A stretch of 64,000 nt of DNA. It comes from Macrostomum lignano (taxonomy: Eukaryota). The notes beneath the pieces were generated by a model, which did no database searches, had not been told where the DNA came from, and was given only the letters and a program-made list of their open reading frames with translations. Every line of letters starts with the position of its first letter. Within the stretch, counting starts at the first letter, position 1. Positions 34,101-46,000 of this stretch are shown here, one piece after another. The stretch is from assembly GCA_002269645.1 (NCBI GenBank), contig NIVC01000022.1:372001-436000 (forward strand), given 5' to 3'. Position numbers and translations under genes: made by a program.

Positions 34101-35822
34101 GGTGCAGCGGACGCAGGCGTCGGGCCCGGGGCCCCAGCAGCCGTAGCTCCGGTCGCACTGACTGTGGCAGGCGGCGGGTTGGCTGTAGGGGCAGCCGGAA
34201 CGCAGCTGGCCATTTTTAAGCTTCTCAGCAATGGCATTATCGATTCTCACTAAGCCGTTCTTCGAAGCGTTTCTGAACTGGATCAAGCCGTCCGCGAAGG
34301 CCCGGTCGGATGGCAGGAAGCCGGGGCAGTAGGCAAATGTAATGTTGGAAGAAGCGGTTGGCCTGGGCATCAGGGAGATTATGATTTCTGTAGAGATGAC
34401 GTGGCGCAAGGAGGAGAGGCCCAGGAACTGGATGTGCTCGGAGTTCACAAAGACGTGCTCCATTGAGCGGCCGGGTGTCACGTCCAGGCGCTCCAGCTTG
34501 GACAAGAAGGTCAAGTTGGTGACTTCGGGAAAGTCGCGCAGGTTGATTTGCGCACTGCCGCGGAGCACGCGGAGCCGGCTGAACATCTTGTACAGCTGGG
34601 ACAGCGTCAGCCGCCTCGCGCCGAATAAACCCTTCTCCGAGAAGCAGACAGAATTGATGGCGAATTGGCCGATGTACTCCGTGCAGAGTCGGCTCTCATT
34701 AGTCAAGCCCTCCATCAGTGGGTTATCGACTCCGCAGATGAAGGAGGCCGAGTCGACGGGCGCCCGGCAGATGTGCGAGGCCACGGTCGGCACGCACTGG
34801 TTGTCGGCGTTGGCCGAGAGTCCGTCGGTGCACTTGCTGACGCAGGCGTCCACCTGGATGAAGAAAGAATCCGGGCAGCGGGCGGCGCACACGGGCCCGT
34901 AGGAGAAGAGTTTCGTGGCCGACTGAATGTGCTGCGTCTTTGCCGGGTCGTAGACGGTCTTCAGGCTGCAGGTGTCCACGCAGGTGCCGTTGGAGTTGAA
35001 CTTCCGGCAGCCGAAGCACTGATTGGACTGGACGCCGAAGCAGCCGCCGAGGCACTGTTCGGAGCAGCAGCGCTCTGTCTTGGCCGATTCCATGAAGCAG
35101 CGCTGCCGAGGGCACTCCCGCTGGGACACGGAGATGCAGCGGGACCGGGCCTGGCACTGGTCCGGCCCGGGGCCCCAGCAGTGCCGCCGGCCGTCGCTGG
35201 GCCATACCGGACAGTCCGGGTGGCAGCGGTCGGCTAATCCTGTGCAGTTCGTACTCGGTTTGACAGTCTGGATGCGAGTGTCGCGAAACAGCTCCTCACT
35301 GTTGATGAATTTCTGCAGGTAGCAGTCGGTGACGTTTTCCAGGTAGATGTTGCCCTGGCCGATGTAGCGCAGGCTGCGCAGGTCCAGCGGCGGCTGCTTC
35401 AGCCGGCAGGATTTATCGGTGTGCAGCACAACAAGGCTGGAGTTGCCCAGATGCGTCGAATACGAGCAGTCGCGGCCGCGGATGATGCGCAGGCTTTTGA
35501 AAGAGAGCGGCGTCGAGTAGCAGGAGCCGATAATCCACAAGCAGCCGGTGATCTCCTCGATGTCGTCCAGGAAGCTGAAGTCAAAGCTCTTATTAGCCGC
35601 TTTGAGTTCGTTCTCGTCAATGTCAAGAATGTGCACGTGGCCGATGACGAACTTGCAGCTGGAGAGGCGCTTGCGCAGGAGAACCATGTTACTGAGGCTA
35701 CCAGTGCCCGTCAGGTCGGCTTCCTTGGTGCCTGAGCACACCGGGGGATTGTAGGCGGCCTCGTTGAGCACAACCCAGCTGCTCAGCAGGACCAGGCAGA
35801 CTGATCGGTATAAGCTGGACAT
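31182..35822 (-). CDS. EGFR: EGFR/ErbB-family receptor tyrosine kinase, single-exon CDS (1546 aa)
   Basis: Signal peptide, L domains, furin-like Cys-rich repeats, TM (VAVAVVLALVVLIIAVIAAFVCYW), kinase GSGAFGTVYKG / VAIK / HRDLACRN / DFGLAK / LPVKWLALES, and a C-tail with FQNPEYF and polyproline. Confidence 0.96.
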   Translation of the reverse strand: MSSLYRSVCLVLLSSWVVLNEAAYNPPVCSGTKEADLTGTGSLSNMVLLRKRLSSCKFVIGHVHILDIDENELKAANKSFDFSFLDDIEEITGCLWIIGSCYSTPLSFKSLRIIRGRDCSYSTHLGNSSLVVLHTDKSCRLKQPPLDLRSLRYIGQGNIYLENVTDCYLQKFINSEELFRDTRIQTVKPSTNCTGLADRCHPDCPVWPSDGRRHCWGPGPDQCQARSRCISVSQRECPRQRCFMESAKTERCCSEQCLGGCFGVQSNQCFGCRKFNSNGTCVDTCSLKTVYDPAKTQHIQSATKLFSYGPVCAARCPDSFFIQVDACVSKCTDGLSANADNQCVPTVASHICRAPVDSASFICGVDNPLMEGLTNESRLCTEYIGQFAINSVCFSEKGLFGARRLTLSQLYKMFSRLRVLRGSAQINLRDFPEVTNLTFLSKLERLDVTPGRSMEHVFVNSEHIQFLGLSSLRHVISTEIIISLMPRPTASSNITFAYCPGFLPSDRAFADGLIQFRNASKNGLVRIDNAIAEKLKNGQLRSGCPYSQPAACHSQCDRSYGCWGPGPDACVRCTGVRAGNVCASACDVVAASPPTAPGWFDSGRSVQLGVGNVSERVCSPCHRSCAGCTGPTSTDCSRCVPGLYLDGSQCLPSCNRDYQYPDSNRVCRKCPQVCAKVGLGLPTCTGNATIVGQGGCQFCTLIMPIKLSPTDSSLVLQCHRLADSCPIGHYLSALDPNREQSDGLLDDFLSLQKRASLSVSICRKCDPRCLRCSESASDCSECRYYTIAPSASEEPPARVGVRCSGRDEKGTCPIGYYPVHSNRTCLPCHQLCSNCTGPSSQSQDCHKCGRAAYVQLLNYSRPESSAFTCVERCPETHSYQVFYDPLRAWTCSSSPLEVRDIEHEDSSLFQASSTVAVAVVLALVVLIIAVIAAFVCYWMQQRDGAKRGKRTAFDQSADDDLEPLKPPDGSTLPNRGSLITISEKELVRGREVGSGAFGTVYKGEWISEAEHRKISVAIKILTDSGDTGMSSELLEESKIMASVDHPHCVRLVGICMTQPLQLITQFMPMGNLRDYLRARKDTSQIGSSHLLRYAAQIASGMAYLERCQIIHRDLACRNVLVASAKNVKITDFGLAKLLDEPNEAYTASGGKLPVKWLALESLVSRRFSHKSDVWSYGVTLWEIFTFGEPPYANVKPKDIADYLEKGERLPQPPICTLDVYMVMIKCWMLNDQHRPSFDSVEIEFKKMATDPARYVYIQGDRFARNASRSSNSEAGSSAERQSSGCEEGNESPPRHQPVRSPSSAAAAAAAAFRQPELSYTTLDHHEQGTEMAAAGGGAAATSPSIDYLDASLGGGGSSSDHVFAEAETAFVDGPSTSASATATTLPARQSPLPPPPPPHSRKASSSGRQPQKFVFNDNSYTSDPCHQGADSPEGYLQPISLQRGGSSASRGPLPALPSSPPPSPPPLPPPPLAATVETPTFQNPEYFFNSTRSPPGGPAYSISPGNGRPSANGPRAPPPPPPPLSRRSSSTRSARSPPAPPPPPPV

Positions 35823-37299
35823 TGTTCAGATGTATGGACCGAGATTTTCTTAGTAACGGCGACGGCCCATCGAGGCGAAGAGGCGCAAGGCAGTTCGGGT
35901 TCGGCCGCGGGGAAAGCAGAGATTTGCAGACAGAGTAACAGAAGATAACACACAGACGCAACGCCAAGAGGACCCTTGACTCTCTTGCTCTGGCACTCTG
36001 CTCTGCTCTGCCTGTTCGCTCCATGCCGCGGAAAGCCTTCTTCGCTTCGGTTTGTAAAGCAGCCAACTGCGCCCACCCGCCCCAGCTCCGCTGGCGGCCA
36101 ATGAGAAGCCGGCAAGGGTGTCTCGGACTCTACGGAGTCAGCAGGGACAGAAAGAAATGAAAGCCAAGTCTCCGTCATACCAAAAGAGGTGTAGGTGTAT
36201 TATAGAGAGCTTCTCTGTCTGCTGATACCGGGGGCCATGGAACTCCGATTAAGCCTGGCATCTGGATTAGAAACTGGTTAATTGCCAGGTCAGCAGTGTG
36301 CAATCATTGCTGAGAAGCGGAAGTCTTGGGCGACAAGCAGCAATTGGTTGGGTAGTCACAGCTATAGTTAGCAGTCTGACCGTCAGACCTCATCCTCGAA
36401 GCTTTATTAAATATGAGGCAGGCCAGTTGATTGCTTGCTCGGCAAACTCCCGCCCAGGAAGCCTCTCTATCCTTTGAAACTTCATGCACAATAGCAATCC
36501 AGCCCGAATATTTGCCTCTTCTCAGCTCTCATCTCTCTCTCTCTCTCTCTCATCTCCTCTCCTTTTATCTCCCAACTTATCTCTCATCTCATCTCTCCTC
36601 TCTAGCTTCTCTCCTCCATTCTCTCTGTTTTTTCCTCTGTACTCTGGCCCGCTGCCATGAGCTGGATTCTTTATCTGGCCATCTCTGGCTCTGGGCCTCT
36701 CCAGATTCTGCCCGCAGTTCTCCCTGCTCCAGGGCGGCCGAGGCCACTCCGCAATGACTTTCAGACCAGCCAGAGACGAGACCAAAACGGTCACTCGGTG
36801 AACAATGAGCAGGCGGGGGGGAGCTGAGATGCGGTTAATAATTTCGCTCAGCCAATTTTGAGTGCCCAGATGATGCAGATACTAAACAGACAGGCGGACA
36901 GCTGGGGTGAGGCCAGATTCGCAAGCTGAAGAAGAAAAATAATGGAATTTGTGCGCTGGAGCAGGAGGCAAATAAGAGCGAACAAAGCCTTGGCCAGCGA
37001 GCTGTGTACGCGGGCCACGTCTCACTCACCCCAGCAGGTCTCTGTACTCAGGTTGGGTTGGGTGCAAATAGCACAGGGCCAAAATTATCTATGAGCACAC
37101 TGGGCTCGCGCTGTACAGCTTGAGGCAGCTCAGCTGTCACAAATTCTAATAGTTTTTTAACCACGCCTGTGCTGCGGAGTTTTTATCTATAGCTGGAATT
37201 TAAACATTTGCGCCCAAGTATGGAAACAGTGCGAGCGTAGGGCTCGTGTGTAATGCTGCTTTCCATACAGAGGGCTGAAAGCTGCGCTGGGATATTGTG

Positions 37300-39830
37300 T
37301 GATTCAGATCATAGATGGGAGATGAAAGAGATGAAGACGAGAGGCTGTGTGATTCAGATCACAGATGGGAGATGAGAGAGATGAAGACGAGAGGCTGTGT
37401 GATTCAGATCACAGATGGGAGATGAGAGAGATGAAGACGAGAGGCTGTGTGATTCAGATCACAGATGGGAGGTGAGAGATGAAGACGAGAGGCTGTGTGA
37501 TTCAGATCACAGATGAGAGAGATGAAGACGAGAGGCTGTGTGATTCAGATCACAGATGACAGGTGAGAGATGAAGACGAGAGGCTGTGTGATTCAGATCA
37601 CAGATGACAGGTGAGAGATGAAGACGAGAGGCTGTGTGATTCAGATAATAGATGACAGGTGAGAGATGAAGACGAGAGGCTGTGTGATTCAGATCACAGA
37701 TGACAGGTGAGAGATGAAGACGAGAGGCTGTGTGATTCAGATCACAGATGACAGGTGAGAGATGAAGACGAGAGGCTGTGTGATTCAGATCATAGATGAC
37801 AGGTGAGAGATGAAGACGAGAGGCTGTGTGATTCAGATCATAGATGACAGGTGAGAGATGAAGACGAGAGGCTGTGTGATTCAGATCATAGATGACAGGT
37901 GAGAGATGAAGACGAGAGGCTGTGTGATTCAGATAATAGATGACAGGTGAGAGATGAAGACGAGAGGCTGTGTGATTCAGATCATAGATGACAGGTGAGA
38001 GATGAAGACGAGAGGCTGTGTGATTCAGATCACAGATGACAGGTGAGAGATGAAGACGAGAGGCTGTGTGATTCAGATCATAGATGACAGGTGAGAGATG
38101 AAGACGAGAGGCTGTGTGATTCAGATCATAGATGGGAGATGAGAGAGATGAAGACGAGAGGCTGTGTGATTCAGATCACAGATGACAGGTGAGAGATGAA
38201 GACGAGAGGCTGTGTGATTCAGATCATAGATGGGAGATGAGAGAGATGAAGACGAGAGGCTGTGTGATTCAGATCACAGATGACAGGTGAGAGATGAAGA
38301 CGAGAGGCTGTGTGATTCAGATAATAGATGACAGGTGAGAGATGAAGACGAGAGGCTGTGTGATTCAGATCATAGATGGGAGATGAGAGAGATGAAGACG
38401 AGAGGCTGTGTGATTCAGATCATAGATGGGAGATGAGAGAGATGAAGACGAGAGGCTGTGTGATTCAGATCATAGATGGGAGATGAGAGAGATGAAGACG
38501 AGAGGCTGTGTGATTCAGATAATAGATGACAGGTGAGAGATGAAGACGAGAGGCTGTGTGATTCAGATCACAGATGACAGGTGAGAGATGAAGACGAGAG
38601 GCTGTGTGATTCAGATCACAGATGACAGGTGAGAGATGAAGACGAGAGGCTGTCTGATTCAGATAATAGATGACAGGTGAGAGATGAAGACGAGAGGCTG
38701 TGTGATTCAGATCATAGATGACAGGTGAGAGATGAAGACGAGAGGCTGTGTGATTCAGATCATAGATGACAGGTGAGAGATGAAGACGAGAGGCTGTGTG
38801 ATTCAGATAATAGATGACAGGTGAGAGATGAAGACGAGAGGCTGTGTGATTCAGATCATAGATGACAGGTGAGAGATGAAGACGAGAGGCTGTGTGATTC
38901 AGATCACAGATGACAGGTGAGAGATGAAGACGAGAGGCTGTGTGATTCAGATCATAGATGACAGGTGAGAGATGAAGACGAGAGGCTGTGTGATTCAGAT
39001 CATAGATGACAGGTGAGAGATGAAGACGAGAGGCTGTGTGATTCAGATAATAGATGACAGGTGAGAGATGAAGACGAGAGGCTGTGTGATTCAGATCATA
39101 GATGACAGGTGAGAGATGAAGACGAGAGGCTGTGTGATTCAGATCATAGATGACAGGTGAGAGATGAAGACGAGAGGCTGTGTGATTCAGATCACAGATG
39201 ACAGGTGAGAGATGAAGACGAGAGGCTGTGTGATTCAGATCATAGATGACAGGTGAGAGATGAAGACGAGAGGCTGTGTGATTCAGATCATAGATGGGAG
39301 ATGAGAGAGATGAAGACGAGAGGCTGTGTGATTCAGATAATAGATGACAGGTGAGAGATGAAGACGAGAGGCTGTGTGATTCAGATCACAGATGACAGGT
39401 GAGAGATGAAGACGAGAGGCTGTGTGATTCAGATCACAGATGACAGGTGAGAGATGAAGACGAGAGGCTGTCTGATTCAGATAATAGATGACAGGTGAGA
39501 GATGAAGACGAGAGGCTGTGTGATTCAGATCATAGATGACAGGTGAGAGATGAAGACGAGAGGCTGTGTGATTCAGATCATAGATGGGAGATGAGAGAGA
39601 TGAAGACGAGAGGCTGTGTGATTCAGATCATAGATGGGAGATGAGAGAGATGAAGACGAGAGGCTGTGTGATTCAGATAATAGATGACAGGTGAGAGATG
39701 AAGACGAGAGGCTGTGTGATTCAGATCACAGATGACAGGTGAGAGATGAAGACGAGAGGCTGTGTGATTCAGATAATAGATGACAGGTGAGAGATGAAGA
39801 CGAGAGGCTGTGTGATTCAGATCATAGATT
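37300..39830. repeat. 48-bp minisatellite (TGTGATTCAGATCATAGATGACAGGTGAGAGATGAAGACGAGAGGCTG) upstream of EGFR
   Basis: Roughly 50 tandem copies. Confidence 0.97.
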
Positions 39831-40589
39831 AGAAATGAGAAAAGCATACAAAAAGAGGAGAGCCAATACACAGGATGGAGCAGACAAGAGTGCAGAGAAG
39901 ACACATCGCACAACGTGATGAAGCAGAACGCAAAGGAGGCAGGCAGACGCAAAAGGCGGGGGGACACGGAGATAGGGAGTGAGCAATAAATAATGAGCGG
40001 TCCACCAGCTGCAATGACGGCAGGATTCGGCTTGAGAGTTTCCATCCCGGTCTCTAATGAAAATAAAGGCGGAGAGAAGGCAGAGAGACTCCAGCGGCAG
40101 AACTTGGCCCAGCGAGGGCATTCGAGATTTTATTTACTAAGGAGGGGAGAAGGGGAGAGGAGGTCAGGAGACGCGGGCCTGAGAAGTCAATTATAGTGTT
40201 ATCAGCTGGGCTGGGCAGTGGCGATCTCCAACTTAAATAGGAGAGCAGAATCCGAGCGCCAGGGCCGGCCCAGTGAGCTGACAGACACCTCAGATAAAGA
40301 AGCTCGGTTATAATAATGCGAGTCAGTGGGTTGAAGATTTATACTAAATTTGACTTCGATTTTGAATGCGTCATGGACTGGAAGCCTGCGGCGCAGAAGA
40401 TAAGCCAAACCTGGCAACTAGAAATTGGAAGCGAGTTGAAACAAAGCCTAGAGAATGCATGGATCATCAGGAAACTTTCACAAATGCTAGGCCACGCAAA
40501 CTTAGAACTCCTCCGCAATGCAAAGCACTACAGGAAATCTAAATAACAACAACAGAAACCCCAAAACCACTGCGGAAACCCCCAAAAGC

Positions 40590-43032
40590 TAGGCAGAATC
40601 TACAAAAACCACTGCAGAACTACACAAACTACTGAAGAAACTACACAAACTACTGAAAAATCTACACAAACTACTGCAGGAACTACACAAACTACTGCAG
40701 AAACTACACAAACTACTGAAGAAACTACACAAACTACTGAAAAATCTACACAAACTACTGCAGAATCTACAAAAACCACTGCAGAAACTACACAAACTAC
40801 TGCAAAATCTACACAAACTACTGCAGAATCTACAAAAACCACTGCAGAACTACACAAACTACTGAAGAAACTACACAAACTACTGAAGAAACTACACAAA
40901 CTACTGAAGAAACTACACAAACTACTGAAGAAACTACACAAACTACTGAAAAATCTACACAAACTACTGCAGAAACTACACAAACTACTGCAGAAACTAC
41001 ACAAACTACTGCAAAATCTACACAAACTACTGCAGAATCTACAAAAACCACTGCAGAACTACACAAACTACTGAAGAAACTACACAAACTACTGAAGAAA
41101 CTACACAAACTACTGAAAAATCTACACAAACTACTGCAGAAACTACACAAACTACTGCAAAACCTACACAAACTACTGCAAAACCTACACAAACTACTGG
41201 CAAAATCTAAACAAACTACAGACAAAATCTAAACAAACCACTGCAGAAACTACACAAACTACTGCAAAATCTACACAAACTACTGCAAAACCTACACAAA
41301 CTACTGGCAAAATCTACACAAACTACTGCAGAAACTACACAAACTACTGCAAAATCTACACAAACCACTGCAAAATCTACACAAACTACTGCAGAAACTA
41401 CACAAGCCACTGCAGAAACTACACAAACTACTGCAAAACCTACACAAACTACAGGCAAAATCTAAACAAACTACTGCAGAAACTACACAAACTACTGCAA
41501 AATCTACACAAACCACTGCAGAAACTACACAAGCCACTGCAAAACCTACACAAACTACTGCAAAATCTACACAAACCACAGCAAAATCTACACAAACCAC
41601 TGCAGAAACTACACAAACTACTGCAAAAACTACACAAGCCACTGCAAAACCTACACAAACCACAGCAAAATCTACACAAACCACTGCAGAAACTACACAA
41701 GCCACTGCAAAACCTACACAAACCACAGCAAAATCTACACAAACCACTGCAGAAACTACACAAACTACTGCAAAAACTACACAAACTACTGCAAAACCTA
41801 CACAAACTACAGGCAAAATCTAAACAAACTACTGCAGAAACTACACAAACCACTGCAGAAACTACACAAACTACAGGCAAAATCTAAACAAACTACTGCA
41901 GAAACTACACAAACCACTGCAGAAACTACACAAACTACAGGCAAAATCTAAACAAACTACTGCAGAAACTACACAAACTACTGCAGAAGCTACACAAACT
42001 ACTGCAGAAGCTACACAAACTACAGCAGAAACTACACAAACCACTGCAGAAACTACACAAAGCACTGCAGAAACTACACAAACTACTGCAAAAACTACAC
42101 AAACTACTGCAAAACCTACACAAACTACAGGCAAAATCTAAACAAACCACTGCAGAAACTACACAAACCACTGCAGAAACTACACAAACCACTGCAGAAA
42201 CTACACAAAGCACTGCAGAAACTACACAAACCACTGCAGAAACTACACAAACCACTGCAGAAACTACACAAACCACTGCAGAAACTACACAAACCACTGC
42301 AGAAACTACACAAACCACTGCAGAAACTACACAAACCACTGCAGAAACTACACAAACCACTGCAGAAACTACACAAACCACTGCAGAAACTACACAAACT
42401 ACTGCAGAAGCTACACAAACCACTGCAGAAACTACACAAACCACTGCAGAAACTACACAAACTACTGCAGAAGCTACACAAACCACTGCAGAAACTACAC
42501 AAACCACTGCAGAAACTACACAAACTACTGAAAAATCTACACAAACTACTGCAGGAACTACACAAACTACTGCAGAAACTACACAAACTACTGAAGAAAC
42601 TACACAAACTACTGAAAAATCTACACAAACTACTGCAGAATCTACAAAAACCACTGCAGAAACTACACAAACTACTGCAAAATCTACACAAACTACTGCA
42701 GAATCTACAAAAACCACTGCAGAACTACACAAACTACTGAAGAAACTACACAAACTACTGAAGAAACTACACAAACTACTGAAGAAACTACACAAACTAC
42801 TGAAGAAACTACACAAACTACTGAAAAATCTACACAAACTACTGCAGAAACTACACAAACTACTGCAGAAACTACACAAACTACTGCAAAATCTACACAA
42901 ACTACTGCAGAATCTACAAAAACCACTGCAGAACTACACAAACTACTGAAGAAACTACACAAACTACTGAAGAAACTACACAAACTACTGAAAAATCTAC
43001 ACAAACTACTGCAGAAACTACACAAACTACTG
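40590..43032. repeat. 21-bp minisatellite (ACTGCAGAAACTACACAAACT), left of the transposon, with a 1875-bp higher-order duplication
   Basis: Tandem units with 20- and 22-bp variants. Identical ORF-track translations recur at an offset of 1875 bp. Confidence 0.95.
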
Positions 43033-46000
43033 CACGCCTCCCCTGAAGAGAGAGTTTGGTCAATGAAATATACCCTAAAAAATATTGATTTCCCATGAAT
43101 CTATGACCCAACAGAAGTCCAAAAAAGCAATAGTTGAAATCCTATCGCATTGTCTGCATAGTGTACAGGTATGCTAATTAGTACAGTGATTTTTAGTACC
43201 AGGTAGGTACTACAAGAAGAACAAGAAGGTCTGAGAGAACATGGCAACCATCCTGCAGCAACGAAAATGCTAAAACAAGGTAGAATTTACGTTTCTGTTC
43301 ATTCTCTGTCACTTATGGTTCATTAATAGTATTTTTATTACCTGTCTATACCTGACTGAGATTAATTTACACATGGAGCTTGTGTTTCCCTAGTAACGTT
43401 TTCAATTTTTTAAAGTTTTTGAAGCAGTGCAGCGATAGACTGGCACTGAGAGTCAAAACAAAGCCAGTAACTATTGAAGAGAGAAAAGTTTCGCAAAAAC
43501 AGAAAGCATAAGCAGAGGTCATTGGGAATTACAAGCTTATTTTGGCGGCAAATGACTACACGGGTAGAATAACTAGAGTAAAATAGCTAGAATAGTTGAG
43601 GGCAAACCCGAATTCAAGTTCCAGCTACTGTGATACAGTACCATTACATGTACTTCAAGCACTTCATTTCATAGAAGGCCTTAAAACCTGCGACAACTTT
43701 CTGCTTTACCCAATACAAACATACGAGTTTAGTGGGTTGTCAAAATACAAGCATTGAATGTAACAGCAAAACCAATGTACTAACTACTAACTACTTTTTT
43801 CAACAGTTTACTTGTAGTTATCTTGGCAGTAGTAAATTGGAATTTGCAAGTTACAAGTTATGACATATTTGGCTCAGATGTGAAATGAATTATAGTTTAT
43901 GATGGATTGCAGTAGACACGTGCTATACTGAGGATGATTTAGGGGGCGCTTATAGCGCTGCCAGGTGGCTTCGAAGTCACTGTGGGCTGATTCAACAGCC
44001 TGTTCACTAAAGCTGCCAAGCCCCTTGCCATACTTGCCGCAGAACGCTGGCACATGGTCAAAAAGCGCGTGCATCTTTGGCGTAACTGAAAGCTCGAGGT
44101 ACCTACATGTCGTCTGGAAGCGAGCAATGTAGAGACTGTAATCAGCTGCCAGACTTTGGCCAAAGCAAGCTTCGCGCACAGCGTTGAAGTCTTGAAGTGC
44201 TGTTGCGTAGAGCTTCAGGTGTGGAGGCAGCACGCTCCACAGCTCACTCGCCTTCAGAAGGAGCTTTTTGCACGCTGGGCCCTCCAGGCAACCTCCATGA
44301 TACTGCTGCCTGCAGATGCCTGCTTCATAGGCCCACTCGTAGGCCTTGTTGCCACCCCAGCTTGCATTGAGAGCATCAAGCAATCGGTTCACAATGCCAA
44401 GCATCATGTGCAGCTCTGGCGGTGGTACCACGTCCAGCAGTTCAGCAGAATCGCTCCCAGGTAGCAGTGGAGGCTGGACGCAGTTGGCAAAGTTTTTGGC
44501 TAGAGGCTGGTGTCCACCAGCTGCCTGAAACTCACTTGCCAGGTGTCGAATTGAGCCGAGCGTCCTCCTTTGTGCTGGTACTTCCCATGGAGGCCTGCCC
44601 TCACAGTACAGGCAGGGATGCGATGAAGAATGGCTCTGGATCCCGCTGATTATGTTTGCCAGTTTAAAATCGCAGGCCAACGTGAAGTTAATGGAGCTGA
44701 TGTCGATGGTTGACATTAGTACACTAACGTTCTGGTAGCATTCTTTGACATCCTCAACAAGGGCCAGGATGAGGATCTTTTTCACTCCAGAGTCCATAAA
44801 TCGGTTAAATTGGGCAGACGAAGTGCATCCTCTGCCATCCACAGTAACGCTGACGCACACCTTTAAGGAATTGCCTCCTCCATCAATCGCAAGTTTCACT
44901 CTCTGGTGCATCTCAGCAGTGCCTCTCGAGTTACTGACATGCGCCAGAAAAGCGTATACATCCCGGCAGAACACGACAGACCGTTCGATCACACACTCTT
45001 GTCCATTAGGCTGTTTGCGGAAAAACTGCCGCTGCTCAGCTGTAAAAAACTTGGCGACACTCTGACCTTCAGCAAACAGAAACTCCTTCAGCCCAGACTG
45101 CACGGCCTTTTTGCTGCCGGACGCTTCTCTGATCACTTGAGCCGCACGTAGCGTCTGACTGGTGCTGAGGTTGAGTGCAGTCTTTACGGCTCGCATAGTG
45201 CTATGCTGGACCGACGCAATCTCGGTAGTTGATGTACCAGCCACTTGAACTTGGAGTGGGCGCCCACCTGTGCCAGAAGTCAGGCTTGCAGTTGCTAAGG
45301 AGCCAGAAGAGGTGGCTACACCCAGCTTCTCACGCAGAAGACCGCAGGCTACGTGCTCCCTTGAGTAGGGGCTTAGGGCATCAAGATAGCGCAGTTTTGC
45401 CGCCTGTCCACACTGGTGCCTCAATCCACGTGCCACTGGCGATGAGCACGTCTCACAGCGTTTGACGACACTGTCTTCCATCGGCCCAGGTGCCTTATTT
45501 GGAGGGCGACCAAGTGGCGTCGCAATACCAGCAGCAGACTCATCTGGCATGAAAGGGTGATATACAGCCACATTCTTGTTGGCTCTGCTGGAGCCCACAT
45601 GGCACACCCAGCAGTTGCAATCGGGGCGTTCGCGAGTGAGTGGCGGAAGACAGCGCAGATCTGCAATAACTTGCTCGTAGGGCATTTTTGGCGGCAGAGG
45701 TGTTGGTGCAGGGCTGCTTTGTGACATCAGCTTGATTCTGCAGGAGTTGCAGATGCTTAAAGGCAGAAATCCACGATGGTCAGCGAAGCCTGGCAGCACA
45801 TGGCATTCAATCAGCGCTTCAAGAGTGGCTGTCAGCGGTCGGTCTCCCTTCCGAAAGCACAAGATGCACACACATCTTCGATTTTCTTCATGTGAGCGCT
45901 TGTTGTTTGGCATTGTTCTGGAGCAGCCAGTGTCGCGGTATTTTTTTATTATTCTTTCTTGTATTTCTACCTGCACGCTCAATTAGTCTAATATATTGCA

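Noticed and set aside
31139-35754. Many overlapping alternative-frame and antisense ORFs within EGFR, the GALNTs, QTRT2 and the receptor exons
   Set aside because: Expected shadows of GC-rich coding sequence. No recognisable motifs.
40316-40546. 76-aa ORF as the 5' part of a mucin gene leading into the 21-bp array
   Set aside because: It stops before the array, has no signal peptide, and the Thr-rich frame has a TAG at ~40588.
43033-43060. Transib/ProtoRAG assignment or RSS-like ends for the transposon
   Set aside because: The TSD is 4 bp rather than 5, there is no CACAGTG heptamer or nonamer, no RAG2-like gene, and the DGGG/Chapa motifs fit Chapaev.
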